DNA from: Macrostomum lignano
Taxonomy: Eukaryota
Direction: 5' to 3'
Assembly: GCA_002269645.1 (NCBI GenBank)
Contig: NIVC01001472.1
Location: forward strand, 124,001 to 188,000
Length of the DNA: 64,000 nucleotides
Part shown: piece by piece, positions 1 through 13,716 of the stretch
Position numbering within the stretch: position 1 is the stretch's first letter
How the letters are laid out: the number at the start of each line of letters is the position of its first letter
Translations under genes and position numbers: made by a program
Notes under the pieces: model-generated
Databases searched by the model: none
What the model saw: the letters and a program-made list of their open reading frames with translations, nothing else
What the model was told of the DNA's origin: nothing

Positions 1-32
1 ACGCATTCTTCTTTGCTACTGAACTGACAGTA
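1..32. mobile_element. Right terminal inverted repeat of a TA-flanked MITE (same family as 830..1126), element runs off the window start
   Basis: Reverse complement of 1..33 (CTACTGTCAGTTCAGTAGCAAAGAAGAATGCGT) closely matches the left end of the MITE at 827..860 (CTACTTTCAGTTCAGTAGCAAGAAGGAATACGT); TA at 31-32. Confidence 0.6.
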
Positions 33-829
33 GAGAAACAGTTTTACGAAGCAGATATGCCTAAATAGTCCATCGAGTGTTTATATATGTGGAGTTTGAA
101 AAAAAGAGGACACAAGAATATGTGTTAAACCGAGATCTTAAACACTGAAACATCGAATCCTTGCCAATGGAACTCGCTATTTGAACAACAGAAAAAGAAT
201 AAAAACTAAAAAGACTTTTCTTCATTGCTTATAGCATAGTGGTGAATACATTTATTCAAAACAGTTAATTAATTATAATTTTTAGCTCAGGATAACATTA
301 CGCCTAAGACGAATTTGTGAAAGTGTGGATAGCGGCTTTTCGGAACAAAATAGCAAATGGTGAGTTTCAAGACACAGAACACTTTACGTAACCTTTATAG
401 GCGATTTACGAGTAATTAACCATTACAGCGCGATTGTTACCGTGGCGCGTGACGTGGCGTTAAAGAATTTTACAACAACAAAACAGACACAGACAGAGAC
501 TAGCAAGCGTTATTGATTCTATATAAAACTTAACCAATATATATAATAGCCAAAATAGCTTACATGAAAGAACAGGCGACAGGCAACAGAAGACACAGTG
601 CGACAACACAATATAATAATATTGACAGATGTGTATTAAATTCAGCTAGCTATCATTATGATGATCTAACAAATCTAATTAACCAACAAATTAACTCTTG
701 TGGGCATAAATTAGCGCAATATAATTAGAATTAATTATATCGAATAGACTGCAAAGCTCTGGTACTATAATATAACTTACATGTAAATGGGCCACTTCGA
801 CATATTTGATTGGTAAAACCGTTCCTCTA

Positions 830-1126
830 CTTTCAGTTCAGTAGCAAGAAGGAATACGTAAGCTATTTTATAAAAAGTAAGGCAGTTTGCAGACATGAAC
901 AGCTTATTGCGATTGGTGCAGCCGCAATGTACATTAGCCCAGCGCTAATAAGAATGTACATGGCAGGCGGTTTAGGCTGAAACACCGAGGAAAGGAAGGC
1001 AATAAAAGTTGGGGTTGGGGAGGGGGTAGAAGTTTGGGGTGGAAAGACGCGGTCGGAGGGGTTTAGCTGGGGGTGCCTAAAATACATTAAAATGCTTCTA
1101 TTTAAAACTTGCTACTGAACTGAAAG
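830..1126. mobile_element. Non-autonomous Tc1/mariner-type MITE (~297 bp)
   Basis: Perfect 22-bp inverted repeat: 827..848 CTACTTTCAGTTCAGTAGCAAG vs 1108..1129 CTTGCTACTGAACTGAAAGTAG; TA dinucleotides at 828-829 and 1127-1128 fit a TA target duplication; no convincing coding capacity. Confidence 0.7.
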
Positions 1127-1439
1127 TAGCTTACACACAAATGTGATGCGTGGCCCATCAAACTCATTAATTGAAGAAAATGTTTCCTAGGTAAGAAAGA
1201 GGCCATAGGGTCTTCTGAGGGTAATTTCGGTAAAAATGCCTAAAAATAATACAGTACTCGTAAATACTCGTTATAAAAGTGATAACCAAATATTACTACA
1301 TTTCTTAAGAGTAACCATTTCTTATCTAAGTAGTTTTTACTTTACAACATTAATAATTACTTCACCTTTGTTATAATGTCTGGTAATTTCCGGGTTCACT
1401 CTTGCCAGTAGCTAATTTACTAATCAATAAATCTAAATA

Positions 1440-2098
<659 letters not shown>

Positions 2099-2404
2099 CC
2101 TATCAATATTTAAGATCAGCAATAATCACCCCCCATATTTGCGTGCAAAATATGAATATAAAATAAAGAATCATTTGTAATTTTATATATGCACTGATGA
2201 TTAAACTTGAAACAATCGCGACACAACAAAACTCAGCAAGCTCAAAGTTGTGAGCAGATGGTAGCGGCTGAGTAGTAACTATATAAACAAAGGCATTGAA
2301 TGGCAAGCTGTTCAACAACACAGAGCCAATTAATGACGCAGCGATGATCAGAACAGGTATGGAAACACACAAATTAGAAAAACAGGTGCAACTTCGAACT
2401 ACTG

Positions 2405-5400
2405 TCACTTCTCTGTCTGCGACAGCTCCAACACTCGCCGCAGCTGCTCTTCTTCGTCTTCGACAAGACGCCGACGTTCGGCTTCCGCCTGCTCGCTGAG
2501 TCGGACAGCCTCGGCTAACTCTGGATCGACTTCGGCTGGCTGCGGCGGCTGCTGCTGCGACTGCTCGCGAAGCAACTCATACGCAGTCAGTTGCTGTTGC
2601 TGCTGTTGCTGCCGGCCGCTGCTGTCTTCCGCGCTGCTGCCTTCCTCGGCAGCCTCCCCGCCGCCGCCTTCAATAGCCGCGGATAGCAGAGAATCTTCGA
2701 TAGCCTTCTGCAGATCCGACTGGGCCAGCGCCATCTGCAGCAGGTCCTGCTCCTCCGTGAACTGCTGCTCAAACTCGCTGCCGCCGCCAGATGAGGCGGC
2801 CATTGTGCTTGCGTAATAATCCTCCTCTCGGCCCATTGGAGAGAATCTGGGGCGACGATTTGACAGCAGGCGGTAGCCGCCAGGGATGGCAAATGCGCGC
2901 TCGTCTACGGCGCAGTATACATGGTCTGGGCCGCGGGATTCCTCCTGAGAGGCGAGGGTTGAACAGCAATAAACTATTGTGTTGCTGATGGATTGATAAC
3001 CTAGTTCATGGACTGCTAATCTAGTTCATGGACTGCTAATCTAGTTCGTGGATTGCTAATCTAGTTCATTTACTGCTAATCTAGTTCATGGACTGCTAAT
3101 CTAGTTCATGGACTGCTAATCTAGTTCATGGACTGCTAATCTAGTTCGTGGATTGCTAATCTAGTTCGTGGATTGCTAACCTAGTTCATGGACTGCTAAT
3201 CTAGTTCATGGTCTGCTAATCTAGTTCGTGGATTGCTAATCTAGTTCGTGGATTGCTAACCTAGTTCATGGACTGCTAATCTAGTTCATGGTCTGCTAAT
3301 CTAGTTCGTGGATTGCTAATCTAGTTCGTGGATTGCTAACCTAGTTCATGGACTGCTAATCTAGTTCATGGTCTGCTAATCTAGTTCGTGGATTGCTAAT
3401 CTAGTTCGTGGATTGCTAATCTAGTTCGTGGATTGCTAATCTAGTTCGTGGATTGCTAATCTAGCCAACATGGATGCAGGTAGAGAATGGATTGCTAATC
3501 TAGCCAATGTGGATGCAGGTAAAAAATGGATAGCTAATCTAGCCAATGTGGATGCAGGTAAAGAAGGATTGCTAATCTAGTCAACATGGATGCAGGTAGG
3601 GAATGGATTGCTAATCTAGCCAACATGGATGCAGGTAGAGAATGGATTGCTAATCTAGCCAATGTGGATGCAGGTAAAAAATGGATAGCTAATCTAGCCA
3701 ATGTGGATGCAGGTAAAGAGTGGATTGCTAATCTAGCCAATATGGATGCAGGTAGAGAATGGATTGCTAATCTAGCCAACATGGATGCAGGTAGAGAATG
3801 GATTGCTAATCTAGCCAACATGGATGCAAGTAGAGAATGGATAGCTAATCTAGCCAATGTGGATGCAGGTAGAGAATGGATTGCTAATCTAGCCAATGTG
3901 GATGCAGGTAGAGAATGGATAGCTAATCTAGCCAATGTGGATGCAGGTAGAGAATGGATTGCTAATCTAGCCAATGTGGATGCAGGTAGAGAATGGATTG
4001 CTAATCTAGCCAATGTGGATGCAGGTAGAGAATGGATTGCTAATCTAGCCAATGTGGATGCAGGTAAAGAATGGATTGCTAATCTAGCCAACATGGATGC
4101 AGGTAGAGAATGGATAGCTAATCTAGCCAATGTGAATGCAGGTAGAGAATGGGTAGCTAATCTAGCCAATGTGGATGCAGGTAGAGAATGGATTGCTAAT
4201 CTAGCCAACATGGATGCAGGTAGAGAATGGATTGCTAATCTAGCCAACATGGATGCAGGTAGAGAATGGATAGCTAATCTAGCCAATGTGGATGCAGGTA
4301 GAGAATGGATTGCTAATCTAGCCAATGTGGATGCTAGTACAGACGGGCCATCACCTGGACAACATCGCGCAGGCAGCTGACGTGCTCGGCGGGGCTATCA
4401 GCGGCGAACAGGTTACAGAAGGACACGTTGGCCTGCAACAGAGTGTGCAGCGGGATTTCAACGCGCAGGGGGAAGCCGGCCGGCAGTTGGAGGGTGACGA
4501 ATTCGCGCAACTGCGAAAAATGAGCCGATTTATTGGCCATCAGGTCCAGCACTGGCAGCACCTGAGGGGGGAGGGGAGACAGGTGACAAGTTTATAAAAA
4601 AGTATTAATATCACCAATAACTGGGGACTGTGAAAATTGACTTGACATTTGTGCTCAACCGCACACTCGATGGCCCCCGCCATAACTGCGGACAGTTAAA
4701 ACAATTGGTCAATCAAATTCGGCAACACAAGCACCTAACCTGGTCTTGCAGATTGAGCGGGAAGCTGTCGCACATCCACAGCTTGGCTGTGAAGCTGTGC
4801 TCGCGCAGCGAGATGTCGCGCGGCACCCCGACGTCGCGGCCGGCTAGGCTCAGCTGCCGGTTGAAGTACTCCTGGGCGGAGACGGCACCGGGCACGTACT
4901 CGAGCCGGCGCTCGCTCTGCACCAGGCTGGCTAACGGGTTAGCCGAGCTCTGCAGCTCCGCCTTCTGCTCGGCGGTCAGGTGATCCGTGCGCCGGAAATT
5001 GAGAACTCGAACGCCGGAAGCGCTGAATACTTTGCATTCGCGACCGGCCACAGTCTCCGTGCGCTCGCCTTTCCAGCCGAGGATGCCGGACTTGCTGCGC
5101 TCGAAAACAACGTTTTCTAATAGCACTCGGGTGCCGCGGACTGGCCGGCTCAGCAGGTATTCGACCTGTCCGAATAGTGGCACAGGTGAGAGTGGCATCT
5201 AATTATCACCTGACTTATCAGTGGCATCTAATTATCACCTGGCTTATCAGTAACGTCTAATTATCACCTGGCTTATCAGTAGCATCTAATTATCACCTGG
5301 CTTATCAGTAGAATCTAATTATCACCTGACTTATCAGTACGATCTAATTATAACCTGGCTAGTCAGCGGGATCCAAATATTACCTGATCAATTATCACCT

Positions 5401-6261
5401 GGCTCATCGATGATTAGGAATGACAACATGGCTAATAATCGAAGCGAAATCTAGTATTTTCTTGCCAAGCCTGAGCAACACACTAGCATCATAATATTGA
5501 TATTAATAGCCAGAATTACATGTATTACTCACCTGACCCAGCAGCGCCACCTCCGGCTGTCTCGATTCCGCCAATCCCTCGCCGCCAGCCGCCGACCCAG
5601 TCAGATCGGACAGAGTCTCCTGTATGACGGTGCGCTTATCGTGATTAACAATGTCCAGCCGGAGTCCGCTCTCGGACAAGCGGAATATATACGACAGATT
5701 GCCCCGCACAGCCGTGGTGCCGTCCATGCCAATCAGGGTGGAGTCCACTCGGACAAGCGAGCCGGATTTGTACACTCGGCAACTGTCGTTGGGGCAATAG
5801 CGACTAATCAAAGGTATCCAAGACGAGAAATCCCATTTGAGTTCAACGTAGAAATCAGGCGATTCGTTCAGTTGCTGCAACAGGCGTCTGGTGTCGGCGT
5901 TGAAGTGGCGCTGCATCTGCAGAATCCTGTAGCTAAGGACAGAGGATGTCAGCTCCACATCGGATCGGCTGATTGCCTCGTCCAGCACGTCCCAGATGCC
6001 GTCGTTGGCCTGGGTGCTGGCGCCGGCGTCCAGCAGAAGTTTGGCGCAGTCTACCCGGCAAAGGACTACAGCCAGCTGCAGCGCTGTCCGGTGTCGAGGG
6101 TCTTTGAGCTCGAGTTTGGCCGTGACCGCCTCAGACGATGACGCATCAGTGTTGAGCTCCGCCAGCTGGCGTTTCAACCAGTCGGTGTCGTCGTTCCAGA
6201 CGGCGGCGTGCAGCGGGAAAGATTCTTTGATTGGACTGCCCGCGGTGCTAGTAGAGGCCAT
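2405..6261 (-). CDS. ANKRD13: Ankyrin repeat domain-containing protein 13 (ankyrin repeats + GPCR-chaperone-like middle domain + C-terminal UIMs), ~633 aa
   Basis: join of exons 6261..5533, 5165..4740, 4561..4355, 2944..2405, all phase 0 with GT-AG. Motifs: FPLHAAVWNDD, DPRHRTALQLAV, DFYVELKWDFSSWIPLISRYCPNDSCRVYKSGSLVRVDSTLIG, LREFVTLQLPAGFPLRVEIP, VDERAFAIPGGY; UIMs EEQDLLQMALAQS and EEEQLRRVLELSQTEK. Confidence 0.93.
2995..3462. repeat. 20-bp tandem array (CTAGTTCATGGACTGCTAAT)n in ANKRD13 intron 3
   Basis: Seen directly; variants CGTGGATTG/CATGGTCTG. Confidence 0.95.
3463..4334. repeat. 39-bp tandem array (CTAGCCAATGTGGATGCAGGTAGAGAATGGATTGCTAAT)n in ANKRD13 intron 3
   Basis: Seen directly; the stop-free unit produces ORFs 3534..4325 and 3586..4380. 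Confidence 0.95.
5195..5405. repeat. ~29-bp tandem array (TCTAATTATCACCTGGCTTATCAGTAGCA)n in ANKRD13 intron 1
   Basis: About 6-7 diverging copies seen directly. Confidence 0.85.
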
Positions 6262-9200
6262 GGCTGCAAGCTGAGTGCGTGGCCTTCATTTTGACTCCCA
6301 GTTCAACTGATCCAGTAGTAATTTCCTAAGTCTAACTAGATTTTAACAATAACTGTGCACACGTCCACACCTGTGTTCTTCTATTAAGAGTCTGCTACCT
6401 AAATGTAATTGAAAATAAACAAAATTATGTGAATATCAATTTTTTTCCCAACATCATTGGTAGTATAATGAGCTGCTTTACATTGAATTTCATATGCTAA
6501 TTTATTTAGAAGTATTTGCTTTGATAGTATGTTTTTTCAATACTTTGCTTAGCCATAATACCTAAATTTTATTAAGAAGGTAAGGAGCAAGACCCAAAGG
6601 CAGAGAAAGGCTAGCTTATATTTTCTGTCTAAATTTCTCCTGTCTCTGGACATAGTAAAGTAAATTTTTAGAGGGGTACCACATGGAAATAGAACAACAA
6701 AGCATATGAAACTAAATAAACTTTATAAAATAAGACCTTAGTATATAGTTTTAGTTGCACAACTAAGTATTAATACTATAGCCTTAGGATAAACTATATT
6801 TATTAATTAAAAGGGTGATGAGAACTTAAAAAGCTAAATTATTGTTGTTAGTTAATAAGAAGCATATTTAATAAGTTGATAAGATTAGGCTATACTCTTA
6901 GGTCTTAGGCAGTCATGCCATGTGCACAGCATGCAGCAGGGAGCCCACCAAGGTTTTTGGCCTATTGTTATAATCTACACATACTACTATTAGTGCTATA
7001 ATGCCTGCATAGTGTATTCTGGATCTATGATAAAAATGAATATAGTAGTACACCTATGCAACTAGAAATTTAGTGGAAAAAAGCAGAGTTAGACCAAAGA
7101 AAGGCATAGTGCTTTGGCTTTCTAGTCACTATGCCATCAATGAACCATTTATTTAAAAATGTCAATAAAAGTCATAAATTTCACTTAAGTTTTGATCACT
7201 ATCTATTGCATTTATATCTTTATAAAATTTTAAATAAATACAATCAATTTTAATGCCAAAAAATGAATTATTAAAATAAAAATTGATTTAAATCTTTTAC
7301 TGAACATAAAAACATAAAAATAAATCAAATTCAAAACAATGCTTATTCCTTAGGGTGGGCCTATTTTTTACTTCATTATTAGCTGATGACAAACTGTCTA
7401 GCTTTTCAATTGAATATTTGGTAAATTTGTAAGTTTTAAATTAATCTTAATTAATAATAATTCATTTACTTAGTAAATAAACTAGTCTTAAGTATTCAAG
7501 AAGTTGTGAAACAAACTTTTGCAACTATGTCAAACCAAACTTATATCAACTGACCAAGTCAAGCTTGCTCCTAATGTCTTTTTCAAAAAGAGATTGTAGT
7601 ATTAGTACCCATCTACTAACAAAAAAAAGTTCACGCAGCTAGTCTAGTCTTAGGCCCTATATTTAAATTTTTTAAACTAGGCATAGAATTGACAGATACA
7701 GAGTTCAATATAAAATTGAGAAATTCAAATAAGATTGCTGCCAATTATAAAATGATAAAAGCTTAATGAATACAAATCTCTGTAATAAATAAAAAGATAG
7801 TATAAGTGCTAATAGCAAGACTTGACAAATGCTAGATAACACAAGAGTAATAAAGCTCTCAAGTATGTCAGTGCTAATACTTTATATTAATTTTTAACTA
7901 TATAGGCCTATTAAAGTAATAGAAAGGAGTGTAACATACACCACACATTATTACACATGTTATTCGACATGTAATTACTCCGCATATTATTCCACGTGTT
8001 ATTTTCCATCCATAGCGATGTGTTGACCATTCAGGGATTAGTGGAATGGGTGCCTGCACTTTCTCGCTGTGTCCCCTTTGGTACAGCCCTGCAGCTAAGT
8101 CAGTAAGTCAAGTCTGCATGTTATTCTATACTTTATTTGGCACATCTAATTTTTAAAAATATTTCCCTTTCCTTTCTACAACCTCGCCTCTATGCATGCA
8201 ACTCCATAACTCAACTTACAACTCTGCAACTACAGTACTTTGTTGCAGTCAATTATAATTTTACAAATGGTATATACTTGCAATCCAGGAAAATATAACA
8301 ACAAGCTCATGTACATGTGGTCTTTTGCTTTACATTTAAAATGTACCAAAAATTGAAAAATTACTTGTAAATTTTATAGAGAACATGTACATTGTAGAAA
8401 AATGCTTTGTAACATGCAAAATAATGTGTGGAATAACTTATGGAATAGCATGCTTAACAATGTGCAGAATGATATGTGGAATAACATACAAAATAACATG
8501 TGGCATAAGTTATTCATATTCACATGTAATAGAATTGCAAGTTGATAACAATAACTTAAAGTACTTACTAATGAGAGGGATAAAGGGGTAATGCATAGGG
8601 ACAAAAAGAAAGGGGGAAAGATATTGACATGCAAGCAACAAAGCATATATTTTTTGAATATTAAAATGCCTTTCTATTAATTGTTCTTGTGGTTTTGATT
8701 TGAAATAGATTGAATTTAATTTAATGACTAATCATGGCTAAGTCTAGCTTTTTTCCAACCCTATTAGGGCCTAGTTGGCAAAAAAACTGATTTGCTTTTT
8801 GTTAGCTACCTCATAAATCTTTTAAAAGGCAGAAAAACATTTTATTGGGGCCTAATACAATAAAAATTGTTGAAGGGTGACTTTTACAAAGTAAAGACCC
8901 AAAAGGGAGATAGAAAGTATGGCTTTGTACTTTGGCAAAAATGTGCTTGATCCCCCTCTCATTTTTAGGTCTCTGATAAGGTAAAAGGGGGACAATTACC
9001 CCCATTAAAACCCAATTATTATTGGGTATTAGGATTAGGTATACTATACAATATATTATAATATAGGGTATTTAGGCCTACTCACCCTACGGCCTACTGT
9101 ATCAAACTTTTGTAAAGGTCACTACATTAACTAACAAAAAACAGTCAATACACATTATAAATATCATTAAAGCTAGGCCCTATCAGTGGTGCAACCAAGG

Positions 9201-10898
9201 GGGGGGGAGGCGGGGAGGGGGGCAGTTACCCCCTCTTAGGCAGAGACCCAAAAAATGAAAGAGGGGGACCAAGCAAATTTTTGCCAAAAACAGAGACACC
9301 CCTCTGCCCCTCTCCTGGGACTTTACCCTTCAGAATCTGCCCCCTTCCAAAGTCAAGAAGATGGCCTTTTTTATGGAAAATTCCATTGCAAAAGGAGGTT
9401 GGACATGCACCACATTAGCGCATTCCAGTGCAACAGCAAACAGGGGGGAGGAAAATTGACGCAGTGCAATGCAGGAAAAAAATTTGGCACAATTTGGCAC
9501 AAAAATTTTGGCATGATATTTTGCTAACATAGTTAAAGATACTATGTTAAGCCTACTAAACAACACTGCTTGCCTCTATTACAAGGGTGACTGAGAGCAT
9601 GGGGTTTTGCAATATTAGGACCCCTTCTTTTTTGCTACTTGAGGCCAAGCTACAAATTATGACATCAGCAAAGTTGTTGATTACCACTTTGTAGTCTTTG
9701 ATCTTACATGTTTTATAAGCATAGTTCTTTAAATGCCTTACCTTGAAATTTATTTATTTATTTGTAAATTAATTAGCTTATAATGTAAATACTTAATGCT
9801 TATAATAATATAGTCAGTTGCATAGCCAAGAATTTTGTCTGGGGGTCACGCCAGTTGGGGGGGGTCAGGTGGGTCAACCAGTCAAAAGTCAAAATGTTGG
9901 CAGAACTTGAGAGACTAGTCAAAAGCTAAGCAAACAAAATTATTGTAAAAATGGAGATATGTATGTTATTGTGTTTTTTTGACAAAATAAGTTAGATACA
10001 TAGTGCAAGCACATTTATCTGATAGAAATAGTTCTAGTGCATTGTGCAAGCACACTTTTTGATAGGATTTTTGTTCTGGCGCAGGCGTGCCATGATCCTA
10101 TGGCCCCTCAAAAAATTTTTGGTTGGGCCCTATACCTTAATTTAATATAAAAGTTAAAAACTTGGTAAGTGAAAAATTTCTATAACTTTCTACATAGTAC
10201 ATCAGTGATCAGTCTAGGCTAGGGTCCCTAAAATTTTCACAAAATCATTAGACATTATACCATTTAATTTATTCAGTTATATAGGTCTAGAATATAAAAA
10301 ATTAATGATCTAGACTATCACATAGGACCAAGCCTAGCTACCTAGCTTAGCTTAGCATAGAACTCAACTAAAGAACTCAGCTAATCAGGTTCAAGAATCG
10401 TGACGTGAATTCAGAAGTTTAACTGAGTGAGAGCATCAGCATGATAAGGTTTTTAGCTCTGATTTTAGTATATACGATTTGAAAATATCTGATTCTTCGA
10501 TTAAAATGCTGAGCGAGGTACTTAAACCTTATTTATTACCCATTAGGGGGCTTAAGAAACAGTTTTTTTACTTTTGATAAGTCAGTAACAAATAAATATT
10601 TTACTTTCTGAAGAAGTCGAAAATGTTTGATTAGGCTTCTAAAACTAATAAAACAAAGTGACAAAGTCATATTTTTTCGTCGTTATATGCAAAAAACGAT
10701 ATATACTATTATTTTTCGCTAATTTTAACTTTAACCAAAAAGTTACTGTTAAGTTTATCATAAATTGTAATTTTTTCATCGAAATCCGAAGAAGACGCAA
10801 TTCAAGCGATAGGCTTTTCACGAAGATTGGTCTAAAACCAGAATAATTTTCCGATTCCAGAACTAGAATCGGTAGGAAATGAAAGAGCTTCGAACCCA

Positions 10899-12400
10899 TT
10901 TTTTTTTTTTTTTTTTTTTTTAGTAAGAGAATTTGGCTCAGGCAATTAGCCTGTTTGGCCAATATATTATAGAGCTATGTATTTGGAAAAGTTTTCGAAA
11001 TAGAAGTTTATAAAGACGATTTGCCGCGAGTTAGTAGTAGTAAGAGTTATAGAGTTATTGTAAAAGATAAAGTATTTGAAAGCGCGCCAGAATTTTTACG
11101 GTATTTTTGGACGAAAAGTGACGACTAACAACTAACAACGAGTATAAATATTAATACAAAAATGAGTACAAATTACGAGGTATAGCTTTAATTGCGAGAT
11201 TACTTTGGTAAGCGAGTTTGTAAAAAAAGATGTAGTATTTTTGAAAGCGCGTGATATTTCAAAGCGTGAAAAAACGAACATAAACAATACTTCGGAAGAA
11301 CTTTACGTTTAACGAATAACGACGATTTAAATAGGGAATTAAAAAAGACAGTAAATGAATAAACAACTGAAAAGCGGATTTGTTACACTGCTAATGTATC
11401 TGATTCAGTTTGTTTAACTGTTTTAGCTATTCATGACTTCATATATTTTAGCTACACCAGTGAGTTCTTTTCTGACTCTTTTTTCATTTGTAGCATATCC
11501 TATCTTGTGTATTTGATTGCTATTTAAGAGGTATTGACAGAAGTATTTTTTCCTGATCTCTTCAGTTTGTGGACATTCGGTCAAGTAGTGTAGAATGTCA
11601 GAACCATTTCGCGCTCCACACAATTTACATGGTTCTTGAGAAAAAAAGTTGGGTGTAATCTCGCATTTCAGTTTTAGGAGGGTTGTTAAGAATTTTTTGT
11701 TTCTAAATGTACATGGGAAGTAATCTGAAAGGTCGGGCCTGCAGATTTTTTTGTAGAGATAGGCGTTTTTGTAGAGTTTAATATGTTGCTGATTCTCTAG
11801 CTTTTGGCTAAGTTCTCTTTCTCTGTGTATCTTGAGGTGCTTTTTCACTAGGTATTTCTCGCTATTAAAGCTTTGGGAAAGTTTATCTTCAGTTAGTGCT
11901 TTTAGGTCTATACTTTCTAGTTTCTTTAGTACATTCATTTTCCATGGATTTTTTTGGCCGGTGCTTGAGTAGAAAATTTCTAGAGTCGTTTGGCAGAGTT
12001 TTTTGTGTCTAATCTTCAGCCAGTAGATGAGGTAGGTTTTAGCGATTCGTTGAGAGATTGGAGTAAGCTCAAGTTCTGATGATATCACACTTCAATAAAC
12101 TATCACACTTCTGTTGCTAGCAAATTTTGGTAGATTGAGGAGATATTTGTAGAATTTCAGCTGAATATTATCAATAGCTTTTGTATCAGACATGGTAGCC
12201 AGAGGGCCCCAGAGCTCACAACCGTAAGTGATAACGGGGGTAACAAGCGCGTCAAATAGTCTGCGAATGAGTGTGATGTCTAGGGACGTATTCTTTACCC
12301 TATGGAGTAGGGAAATGAATTTATGTTTGCCTGTCTTTAAAATTTAATTTTGTCTTTCCTTGACTTTTTTTCGTGGATATAACAAAAAAAGGAATAATTA
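10899..12400 (-). mobile_element. 5'-truncated non-LTR retrotransposon (LINE): 3' part of ORF2 plus 3'UTR and probable poly(A) tail
   Basis: Minus-strand RRLFDALVTPVITYGCELWG (post-RT thumb motif, ~12190-12280); one stop, then ORF 11423..12088 with CCHC knuckle CKLCGARNGSDILHYLTECP; T23 run at 10899..10921 as candidate poly(A). 5' boundary approximate; no TSD found. Confidence 0.8.
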
Positions 12401-13716
12401 TTAACGAAATACCGATAATAAGAACTTGACGATTTCAAATCTATTTTACTGTTTAAATGTAAGTAAACATGAAAATTTCTCGATCCGAATTTCCAGAATT
12501 AGAACACGGTTCTGGAACCGATTCTGAAAATTAAACAGACAATATGAAAAGCTTCTCGAACCGATTCTGGTTCTGGAATCGGTAATATGAAAAGCCTAGG
12601 GGCCTACAAGTTGGCTGGTCAGTCTGAAAATGAAATTGAACTGATTAGAACATAAAGAAAAAATATCAGAATGCACAGTAAACATAATAGGCATACTTCT
12701 GAAAAAAGTTTATGCTCTGCAATTTTATGTAAAATTAAATTATACTTAAATTTTGCTTACTTAATTTACATTAACATTAAATCATTAATTAAAACATTAT
12801 ACTTAATAAATGAATAGGGGCCTAGGTCTATCAGTTGTTTACTCAATTAAAGCTAGGGGCCTAGTCTATTTGGTTACTGGTATAACGTCACTATGACAGT
12901 ACCACTACCAGGCCCTAGCTATTGCCTACTAGGCCTCTAGGCCCTATTAAAGAGCCACTTATCCTTAGCACTAGATGGTTAAATGCATCTGTGTAATAGG
13001 CCTTTCAGTTCTCTCTAGTAGAAATTATCCTACAGTTGGCACCAAAGTTGTCGTAGGGCTTATTTCTATCCTCTGACTATCCCACTGATTGCTACCAGTT
13101 GTGACAGGTTTTCAATTTCCCTCTATTAAATTTTTACTGCTGATACTAAATTTTTGCCTTAATTTTTCTAACTGTTTCTTTGAATCTCATATATTTCTAG
13201 GTTGTGTTCTTAGTATATGGTCTGGTAGCATTCTTAGTATATGGTCTAGTAGCATTCTTAGGCTAGTATATCACCTGAGCAGTCTAGTACTGTTATATGT
13301 ATTTTCTCTCTCTCTTTCTCCAGTCTGGGTGTTACTGAGATTAGAAGGTCACAGCGATTACTCTTAATACTACTCTTTGCATGAATTCTAATTGCAACTT
13401 TCAACCTTTTCTGTAATACTCTTAGAAATAAGCAATGATTTGATAGAAGTTATCGAACATGTTTTGAGCTTATGGCTAGCAAACAAGTTATCCTTCCATC
13501 CCTTTGGCTCTCTCCTATTTCTCCTAGTCAATTGTGTATATTTAAAACAAACTCTTACAACTTGAGAATATTTTGCATATTATAGCAAAAGAATATTAAT
13601 TTTTGCGCTAGTTTTAAAACAATAATTCCTAGAAATACAGTACCGCTACTACATAGGTAATGGCCAACCATTAAGCAACCTTGGCAATAGTTAAGAATTT
13701 GGTTTGGTTGATTATA

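Noticed and set aside
2190-2220. Hammerhead ribozyme-like CTGATGA...GAAA (also checked near 7383 and 23533)
   Set aside because: No pairable stem II or flanking stems; core incomplete.
9184-10130. CAGTGGTGCAACC / CAGTTGCATAGCC / CAGGCGTGCC starts resembling hAT MITE ends (also near 36534 and 36815)
   Set aside because: Matching opposite termini and TSDs not found, so boundaries cannot be given.
13050-13560. Possible degenerate LINE ORF1 remnant on the minus strand
   Set aside because: Many stops and only a vague resemblance; not supportable without a profile search.
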